Positions 1 through 8,787 of a DNA stretch of 64,000 bases are shown one piece after another. Made by a program: the position numbers and the translations under genes. Under the pieces are notes generated by a model, which saw only the letters and a list, made by a program, of their open reading frames with translations, had not been told where the DNA came from and made no database searches. Positions within the stretch are counted from its first letter, which is position 1; each line of letters begins with the position of its first letter. Origin of the DNA: Macrostomum lignano (Eukaryota); NCBI GenBank assembly GCA_002269645.1, contig NIVC01000778.1:1-64000 (forward strand). Direction: 5' to 3'.

Positions 1-3000
1 TCCCTCCGGGGTGGCATCCCTTAACTTTTGCTTCTGCGGTGCTGCGCTGGCTTCCCTTAACTTTAGGTTCTCTCGCAATCGCAGTTTTGTCTAACTGGCT
101 GGCGGCAATTTCTTTAACTGAATTTGGCACTACAGCTAAATTGTCCCTATGCACTAACAACTCTTTCCCTTCTAGCTTTCCTTCTTCCTCCTTCTGCACC
201 TTAAATACTACTTCTGAAATTTGCTTCAAAACTCGGTATGCTGATCTTCGCTGTCTATGGAATTTATGCGACTCCTCGTTATCTAGCTGCGGGTTATTAA
301 TAAGCACTAAACTTCCTAACGGTACTTCCTTTGGCAGTTTGCTAGTTTCAGCAGCGGTCTGTCTTTGGTTTATCACCTTTTCCAATTTCTCTTTTACGAG
401 TTTCTGGGCGACATTTAGTCTTTCGGCATGTTCGGCAACATAGGATGGATAGCCTGCGTAGTGCTTTGGGTCCTTGATCTGATTGTCCATAGGTAACACG
501 GCTTCCCTTCCAAATAACAGGAAATGGGGTGTGAAACCTGTTGTCTGATTGATACTGGTTCGGACAGCAACTAGCGCAGCTGGAATCATTAGATCCCAGT
601 TATTGTGGTCTTTCTTGATAAGGCAGGTAATAATAGACTTGATCTGCTTATTGAACCTTTCTACCAAGCCGTTGCTCTGGGCATGGTAGGGGTAGTGAAT
701 GTCTGCTTGACATTATAGAGTTCACAGAAAGCCTTGAACTGTCTGCTGGGGAATGTTTTACCATTATCGGTATGAATCCAGTGGCACTGTCCATACTCAC
801 TGAAGATTCTCTCCTGCAGGATTTTAATGACAGTGTCTGATTTCTGGTTGCGGATCGGAAAGGCAAAGGGGTATCGCGTGGTGCTATCAACCACTGTGAG
901 CACATATCGATGCCCTCTTCTACTCTGCTTGGATATTGGCCCGATTATGTCAATATGGAGGCGGTGAAATGGCTCGCTGATAGGGAAGGACTGGATGGGG
1001 GCTTGGACCTTGTGTCCTCGTTTGCTTTCCAGGCAGGGTATACATTCAGAGATGTACTTCTCAACTGCCGTGTTCAGACCGGGTCTCCAAAATCTCTCGC
1101 GGACTTTCTGGATGGTCTTGTCTCTGCCTAAGTGTCCAGCTAGTGGGCTATCGTGGAGATCGCCAAGAACTAGCCTGTCTAATGACTCTGGCAGGACAAC
1201 CTTCCAATTTTCGTCCTCTTTCACGATTAACAATTCGTTTTCAATTCTCATAGCCTCATAGGCTTTGCACATTTGCTTTAACAGCGGGGGGTTGGTTCTC
1301 TGGGGCACTGGGATTTCAACTTTCGCACATTTCCATTGCACGAGGGTTCGGATCGAGGGGTCCTCTCTCTGGGCATTAACAATTTGGTCACGCTTCAGCG
1401 GGACGGGGAGGTAGTCAGTCAAGAGCTTATCGACTCTTCGCACCTCGCTCTCTTGTTCGTGTTTGGACATTACAGGGATTTGGCTCGATTGCGCAAGGCT
1501 CAAGCTCAGTGGCTCCAAATTGTTATCCTGAACACAATTACAAGGGGAGAGGGCTGGGGGACTGAATGGCATGGGGGCTGGGCGGCTAAATGGTTCAGCG
1601 AGAGGGGGGTTGGAGCAGGACAGTCGGGTATTGAGTCCTCAACTGGCAGCTGGGCCTGGCTTGTACAGCTGTCCTCTGCCTTTGCCTTCTGACTCAGTTC
1701 GGCCAATTCGGCTCTGTTGGGGGAGGGAAATTCTGGGTTGGCATTATCGCCTTTAGTCACCAATTCAGTGTTTGACTTATCACTCTGGCCTGTTTCGGCT
1801 GTCTCCGGGGTCTCCTAGACAAGCTGTCCGCGTTGGTATGCTTGGCGCCACTTCTGTGTTCAATGTCAAACTGAAACTCAGTCAGGCGCTCAATCCAACG
1901 TCCTAAGATACCCTGGGCTTCAGTCTGCCATAGCAACCAGAGGATTGCTTTATGGTCAGTTCGGGCGAGAAATCTTTTTCCGATCAAATAGAAACGAAAA
2001 TGTCTCATAGCGTCTACAAGTGCTAACAACTCCTTTCAAGTGATAGGGTAGCACTTTTCCGACTCTTTCATTGCGCGGCTAAAGTACGCAATAGGCCTTT
2101 CAATACCATCGGACTGGATCTGACCTAAACGGGCCCCAATCCGTCCTTCACTGGCATCGGTATCCAGAACCATTTTGACATTTTTGTCATCTACGAATTC
2201 AGGATACGCAAGCACCTCTGTTGACATCATGCGCTGTTTTAATGATTCAAAAGCCTTATCATGCACATCTGTCCATTTTGCTGAGAAATTTTGCACTCCC
2301 TTTCGGGTGAGCTGGAACAGTGGGTGCGCGGCTTCAGCATAGTTTTTCACGAATCGACTGTAATAATTACACAGTCCTAAAAAGCTACGTAGCTCTTTCA
2401 CCTCTTTCAGTTTAGGCCAGCTTTTGATCGCTTCGATCTTTGCTTCGTCACTTCGAATACCATCTCTACCTATCACGTGGCCTAAATACTTCAGCTCTCT
2501 ATGGAACAAATTGCACTTTTTCGCTCTAAGCTTCAATCCGGCATTGATTAGTCTCTGGAAAACTTCTTTCAAATGGGACAAATGGTCTTCGAACTGTTTT
2601 GAATAAGTGACAATATCGTCAATATAGGACATAGCAAACTTGTGCTGAATTCCAGCGAGTACTAAGTTCATTAGCCTCTGAAAGGTACCGGGAGCATTGG
2701 ATAGTCCCTGCGCCATCACCTGGTACTCAAACTGTCCTCTAGTCAGGGTGGAGAAAGCTGTCATGAACTTATGTTCTTCCTTAATTGGGACCTGCCAATA
2801 GCCTGAGTTAAGATTGAGGCTACTGAAGAATTGGCTTCCTGTGAGATTAGAGAAGGTTTCTTGGATGTTTGGGAGAGGGTAGGGGAAATAGTTCACTCGC
2901 GAGTTTAACACTCGGAAATCGTTGACAATGCGAATGGTGCCATCTTTCTTTGGCACGATGACTAGTGGGGTGGAATAGGTGGAATAGCAGGGACGGATGA

Positions 3001-4460
3001 GATTTTTCGCTAGCATATCGTCTAGCTGGGCGTCGACCTGCTTTTGGAGATGGGGAGGAATTCGGCGAGTAGGGATTCTCACAAGGGGTCTCGTCTTTCA
3101 AAGAAATTTCTTGGGTCACTAAATGAGTTAGCCCCATATCGAGGTCATTTTGAGAGAAAGCTTCTCGATGCTCTTTTACTAATGCTACTACTGCTGCTCT
3201 CTGTTCAGTAGTCAAATCAGTACCAATGCTAATTTCACTCACCCTTTCTTCTTCAGTGGCTTGGACCTGATTGACACGGGCTGAGTCTTGTACTTCCGCT
3301 GATGGCTGCTGATCAGATGTCGGTGCTGACCAATAGAGCAGATCTTTGGCCTTCATGGGCTTAGCGAGCCCTACCAATGCAGATTTGGGCAACCTGACTT
3401 CAATGGGGTGCCAATTCACAATTTCGACGACTGCGGCGCCCTGCTGCATGGTGACCAGAGTCGGGATCATTTCAATCGTTAGCTCTTTGGCTCTTACGCC
3501 ATCACCAATTGTTTCTATAGTCATTGGAGCGCCATAGTTAGCTTCGGCATTCTCCACCAGTCTAACTGGAATGCGCAGTGCGCTATTCGCAGGGATAATT
3601 GCCTTTTCTTGAGTGTACACTCTGCAGACTCGTACAGGCATGTGCGTGTACTGCATAGGTATGCAGGCTCCTTCTTTTAGGATCAGCATCCCTTTTGTCA
3701 GATGAATGCTTTCGCACTGCTCAAGAAAGAATTCCATTCCCAAAATGTTGTCACATTCGTGGCCACATAATAGGAACATTATTTCAATTCGAATATCTCC
3801 AAACTCAACAGCAACGGAAATTTCTCCTTCTAGCTGTACTGTGGCTCCGTCAAAAGTAGATACTCTTCTACTTGTACTCTTGATTTGCTTAGGCTTGAAA
3901 ATTTTAGACCAGACTGACTTACTCAGGAAATTATTGCTAGCTCCAGTATCTAGCAGGAAGTCAATCTCTTGGCGATTGATGTTGCCTACTACGATTGCTT
4001 CGTAGCTCTTGGGGCTGATTAGCTCGAGTTTGGCATTGGCTGGAGTCTTCTTGGATTTGCGGCGGCGGTTTCGACGCGACTTCTTGGGCTTGACAGTCAT
4101 CAGCGTGATGACTGAGGTCTCGGCGGTTGACACATTGGGCGAAGTAAGCAATTGGGATGCTGCGGCAGCAGATGCGGGTGCTGCAGCAGCGGGTGCTGAT
4201 ACTGTAGACATAGATGATGCAGGCATAGTAGACGCAGTTGGTGCAGACATAGTGGACGCAGTTGGTGCATTTCGCATAGATACAGGGTGCATTTTCGCAT
4301 TGGGTGCATAAGCATTTCGCTTGCGCCTTTTTACAAGTTGCCATCCTCCGTTTGCTGTATCACAAGCGGGTTGGCGGGGATTTTGGGAGGCCTGCATTTC
4401 GCTTGGGGTTCTGCTTGAGGGATATGGCCTCGACTTCCGACCCTCGCCATTCAGTTTCCC
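1..4460 (-). pseudogene. Gypsy pol (protease, RT, RNase H, integrase), disrupted
   Basis: The ORF pieces 2847-4397, 2036-3082, 1757-2029, 661-1572 and an unlisted frame from about 525 to 1 join into one polyprotein. Lesions: 1-nt insertion near 3083, in-frame TGA at YPIT*KELLA (about 2036), frameshifts near 1760, 1570, 690 and 525, and the first RT catalytic Asp read as N (FSSLNLNSGYWQ). Confidence 0.92.
4418..4460 (-). promoter_or_regulatory. Putative -1 programmed ribosomal frameshift signal (G GGA AAC) with downstream structured RNA
   Basis: The minus strand reads cag GGA AAC TGA. The X XXY YYZ heptamer is in the gag frame, directly before the gag stop, and the -1 frame is the open protease frame. 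It is followed by complementary blocks ATGGC/GCCAT and GAGGG/CCCTC. Confidence 0.75.
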
Positions 4461-5416
4461 TGATTCAGGTTTCTTGGAGGAAATCGGTGCTGGTTGGGTC
4501 TAGCTGATGGTGGCTGAGACTGCGCTGGGAACCTGGGATGCTGGTTCATTAGTGGGGGTGGCCGTGGCTGATACGCCCTCGGCTGATAGCGCACATGCTG
4601 GGGCTAAGAAGCCATTTGCTGATATCGTACAGGCTGAGGCTGTACTATAGCAGGCTGATAATGCACTGGCTGAGTAGCCATTGGCTGATACACCTGCACC
4701 TTCTCTTTGTGGCTCTCCGCCTGTAGCTCCTGAATGAGTTTTCGCTGCTTTTCCAGCTCCTCTTTCTGCTTCTTGACGACTTCTGTCAGGCTCTCTTTCT
4801 CTCCTTCTTTGTCTTTAATCACTCTTACTCCATTCTTGTGGGACATGTGCCAAGCAGCTTCAATGCGCCTCAACATGCGCCTAGCTTCCTGCAGGCTAGC
4901 TGGCTGCGCAAAAATCAGCTTCTCCCTTGTATCTGAGGGGATTCTGACACCTTTTATGAATTGTTCTACCACTTCTTCTTCTCTTTGCTTGGCATTCATG
5001 TTTGGGAATGCTTGGCTTGACAGCTCTATCAGGGCATCAGCGAACATGTCGGTCGCCTCATTTCTTCCCTGCATCCTTCCTCTAAATTCTTCACTGAACT
5101 CGGAAGCACTTCCTAGCCTACCAAATCTTTCTACAAGCCTATCCTTAAACTCCTCATAGGTCAACTCTTCTGGCAAATTCAATCGCTGAACTGCAGCGAA
5201 AGCAGTTGACAAGTCCAAATTAGCTATTAACTCAGTTTTCCTATTGGCTACGTCTATTCCTTTGGCGTCACATCGCTGATCAAAGGCTACCAGCCAGATT
5301 CAGATGTCTTGGCTGGGGGTATACTTCTGAATTTTAATATGTCTCATGGGCCCTAGTTCTAATCTATTCCTCAACTCTTCTGCTAATAGTCCAATAGTAT
5401 CATTGATTGCTGCCAT
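4451..5416 (-). pseudogene. Gypsy gag (about 321 aa), two premature stops
   Basis: ATG at 5416 opens MAAINDTIGLL...; in-frame TGA at 5300-5302 and TAG at 4604-4606. A capsid-like core (FRGRMQGRNEATDMFADALIELSSQAFP...EQFIKG) is followed by a Q/P-rich tail ending NLNQGN* at 4451. Confidence 0.88.
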
Positions 5417-5498
5417 GGCTTATTCCAAGTCTATAATTTCTCTTTGTCAATTCGACTTTTTCAGCAATATCAGGTCTTTTCACTGGATCTCGATCCCT

Positions 5499-5670
5499 TT
5501 CCGCTGCCACCAAGTTGTGGTAGGGCACCTTTTATTATTCTCTAAATCCCACCGCAATCACCAAGTTGTGGGAGGTGGATTTAATTATTATAACTATCCC
5601 ACCGATGCACCAAGTTGTTACCGGTCTCTTTACTGTTATTGAATTTTATCTCACTGTGCTACCAAGTTGT
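5499..5670 (-). promoter_or_regulatory. Array of four primer-binding-site-like units (ACAACT-TGGT-variable)
   Basis: Plus-strand ACCAAGTTGT occurs at 5509, 5560, 5609 and 5661. On the minus strand the units read TGGTAGCACAG, TGGTGCATCGG, TGGTGATTGCGG and TGGTGGCAGCGG. Two match recalled tRNA-Gly(GCC) and tRNA-Leu(AAG/TAG) 3' ends exactly over 11-12 nt. Confidence 0.8.
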
Positions 5671-6318
5671 TGAAGGGGGGGGGTTTGGCTGTAATTCTAG
5701 AATTTTATTATATTAGCTTATTGAATTCGTTATGAACTACTAAAATACGATGTTACTGAGGTAAGGCTATGGGCTTTCACGTAAGCACAGATTGCCCTGG
5801 TAGCGCGCAGTGCCCGAGCGGCAAGACACTGTTCAGCTAGGGGGGGAGGGGGATGACTAAGTCCTAAAGCAGCGTCCTCCAATGGATCGAGTTTGCCCAG
5901 TGAATTTCAATTTCCTCTTACGGATTTTCTTTTGTCATATACGACTTTCCATTGGTTGTTCAGTTCGAACAGTTTATTTGGATATTTCTCCCTCTTCAAT
6001 TGGCTCTCTACGCCTTTACTGTTCGCAGTTCCGCTATTGGCTTTTAGACTGTTTGTCTTTTGCTCTTGGTAATTTCTACCTCTTGTCCAATGAGCATTCG
6101 CTCTCAGCTTTTGGCAAATAAGGAAGACTTTGAAAGATTCTTCAAATTTTGTTAGGCAAATCGCCTATGAACCTGAAAACTCGGTTGCCTCTCTGGGCGC
6201 TGAATTCCCTTCTATTTATACGAAAATTGGGGTGGGGACGGGTGCATTCAAACAAAATTCTACAAACTTCATAGTTACTAAGAAAACGGCAGGGATTCAA
6301 AACTTGGCCTCTCTCACA
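5668..6318 (-). repeat. Putative 5' LTR (about 650 bp)
   Basis: The minus strand begins TGTGAG at 6318 and ends TTCAACA at 5668, 3 nt before the first PBS. It contains TATAAATA at about 6213-6220 and AATAAA at about 5704-5709. Composition turns sharply AT-rich beyond 6318. The 3' LTR is outside the window, so the boundary is unconfirmed. Confidence 0.55.
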
Positions 6319-7785
6319 TATAATTTCTTTTTATTAGCACTTTTTGTTTGCTGATGTATTGATGGCTTTTTAATTAATGAACCTTTATATTGTGTTTTCT
6401 ATGAAACAGATCAAATACAAGTTTTACTAGTCTTTTTTAAATAGAAAATTACTGATTTTTGCATTTTTTCTAAAAGTTGTGGTATAGCCTATTAAAACTT
6501 TCTTGATAGGATTTATTCTAATGCAGGCATGTTATGATCTTGACTATGATATGAGACTATAATTGGGCATATTTTCTTTGGCATTCTAGATTATTTTCTT
6601 GCATTTCTAGATTGACAATTTAGCAATTTGTTTCACTTTCCTGCTTTAGACTAGGCTACTATGCTGTATGGCTCATTGATTTTTTATTTTGACTTTTAGT
6701 TTTTTTCCTTATTATTTTTTTATTCTTTAGACCTACTGGTAAAGCAAAAAATCTAGAAAATAAGGCCTAATTTAGAGTGGGAAACTAAAGTTAAATAAAA
6801 AACAATATAGATAGCATAGGTCTATAGTTAGACTAATAGAATAAGTGCAGGTTGTTTTGGGGACAGACATTTTGGTAAAAAAATATAAATAGTTGTTTTG
6901 ATAACCTTTGTTTTTTAAAAGGCCATAGTTTGGAAGGCAACATGTATGCTAGGATTTCCTAGTGTATAACAAGGGTATCAGCCATTTTTAGTGTACATTA
7001 GCATATATCCTAGTATATATGACAGTGGAAACAGTTGTCAATAATATATTTGTTTAGTCCCAGTGTACAAACAAGGTCTCATTTTTTCTAGCATTCAACC
7101 AATTGTATACTAATACACAATATGAACTATGGTAAAAAGGAAATATTTGGTTAATGGTCAACTGGTCATTTTAAATGATAGGCATATAATAATTATAAAG
7201 TTAAAATTGATCCATCTAGCTTTGAAGGCTGTCCTGATTGTAGTACTACTTTTCATTATATCTCCTATTCTAATGATCTAACTAATATCATTTTGCACAA
7301 AATTATAGCAGCAACTCTCTCTATATTAACTTTAATATCTTCAAAATCAGACAATTGAAAACATATAGAAGAGTTTGACTATAAACTTATAATAAGTCAA
7401 CAAATCAACAAAAAGTAGGAGCAAAGCAAAAAGTAGCAAGATAAGCAACATATTATGACATGACAATTTAAAATATTGAGCTATTGTGTGGCAGTTTTTT
7501 CTATATTTTAAATAAAAACTTAAATGTAGATTTAGATAAAATAAATATAAATATAAATAAAAAATGATGAAACTAAGAAAATTGTATTTATACTATATAA
7601 ACAATGAGTACTTTAGGAAACTTGCCTTAGTAATAAAATGATGCCCTAAAATTGGTATTAGTAAGTTCTTTTTCACCACTCCCAAAAAGAAAAGGAAAAA
7701 TGATGGGTTTTAAAAAAAGTTTTTAAGGAAAGAAAGGTTCAAGTTTTTTAAAATGAGAGCCATTTAATTTACTATATATCCTTAA

Positions 7786-7830
7786 CCTGGAACACCAGAG
7801 CCTGTGCTAGACCGCTGGGCTAGGCCCCCC
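7786..7830 (-). mobile_element. Degenerate 5' head fragment of SINE family A
   Basis: The minus strand GGGGCCTAGCCCAGCGGTCTAGCACAGGCTCTGGTGTTCC resembles the head of the copy ending at 41151. Confidence 0.5.
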
Positions 7831-8074
7831 TCGACTTACCTATGAAAGAAACCAAAGAAAAAGTTTTGGGTAAACATCAGAATTAATAATCAGTAAATTA
7901 TTAAGGCTAAATGCCTCATTTACTTAGTACTATATGTGTTTTCTGGTTAGCATTTTTGTGACGTACCTTGGCCAGACTTCTCACTACCTAGCCAAAACGG
8001 CCAGGTTGGTGGGGTGTTGGGCATGCATGTATAAAGGGTAGGCTAGAGATTAGAGGTTAGATGGGAGAAGAATC

Positions 8075-8630
8075 CCAATTTTTGCTGGGACTTCTAGATT
8101 ATTATTGGGATCCCAATTTTGCTGGGATTTCACAAATTTGAGATTGAGATCCCAGTTTTGCTGGGACTTCAAGATTATAATTGGGATCCCAATTTTGCTA
8201 GGATTTCACAATTGAGATTGAGATCCCAATTTTGATGGGATTTCAAGATTATGGTTGGGATCCCAATTTTGCTGGGACTTCACAATTGAGATTGAGATCC
8301 CAATTTTGCTGGGACTTCAAGATTATGATTGGGATCCCAATTTTGATGGGATTTCACAATTGAGATTGAGATCCCAATTTTGCTGGGACTTCAAGATTAT
8401 GATTGGGATCCCAATTTTGCTGGGATTTCACAATTGAGATTGAGATCCCAATTTGCTGGGACTTCAAGATTATTATTGGGATCCCAATTTTGCTGGGATT
8501 TCACAATTGAGATTGAGATCCCAATTTGCTGGGACTTCAAGATTATTATTGGGATCCCAATTTTGCTGGGATTTCACAATTGAGATTGAGATCCCAAATT
8601 TGATGGGATTTTATCATTGAGATTATAAAT
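8075..8630. repeat. Minisatellite of about 74 bp (about 7.5 copies) built from two hairpin sub-units
   Basis: GGGATCCCAA recurs at 8107, 8183, 8257, 8331, 8405, 8478 and 8551. Each unit contains ATCCCAATTTTGCTGGGA twice. Confidence 0.95.
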
Positions 8631-8787
8631 TTTTCTGGGATTTGAAGATTAGGATCATAATTTTTGCGGGGATTTCGGGATCGGCATTGAGAGGAGCTCA
8701 ATTTAGCCGTTTGGCACTTAGATTCTAATGTCAAGAGAACTAAACTAAAAACTGAAAGGTAATTTTAAAAAAATTGCGCTGTCTTGC

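Larger units (their letters stand above)
1..6318 (-). mobile_element. Ty3/Gypsy LTR retrotransposon, decayed, truncated by the left window edge
   Basis: The minus strand shows LTR, PBS, gag, protease (LLDTGAS), RT (YIDD), RNase H (DTDAS...ELLA...TDH) and integrase (H-H-C-C zinc finger, HIDIIGP, HTDNG, NGLVERFN) in Gypsy PR-RT-RH-IN order. It carries multiple stops and frameshifts. Confidence 0.95.

Noticed and set aside
3961-4344. Cys-rich, metallothionein-looking ORF (CTQC...CTNC...CC) inside the retrotransposon
   Set aside because: It is the shifted reading of Ala-rich GCN codons in the genuine pol frame, where TGC arises from xxT-GCx. There is no independent support.
5499-5670. PBS array as a CRISPR array
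   Set aside because: The context is eukaryotic, the constant part is only 10 nt, and there are no cas genes. The LTR/PBS position explains it better.
5839-5853. GGGGGGGAGGGGGA-TG resembling a plus-strand polypurine tract and LTR start
   Set aside because: It is in the wrong orientation for the element, no plus-strand retroelement lies upstream, and it falls within the putative LTR.
7834-7841. ACTTACCT, like the U1 snRNA 5' end
   Set aside because: There is no U1 body or Sm site after it. It is an 8-mer next to a SINE fragment.
8075-8630. Palindromic repeat-spacer pattern resembling CRISPR
   Set aside because: The spacers are themselves repeated (two alternating types), so it is a minisatellite.
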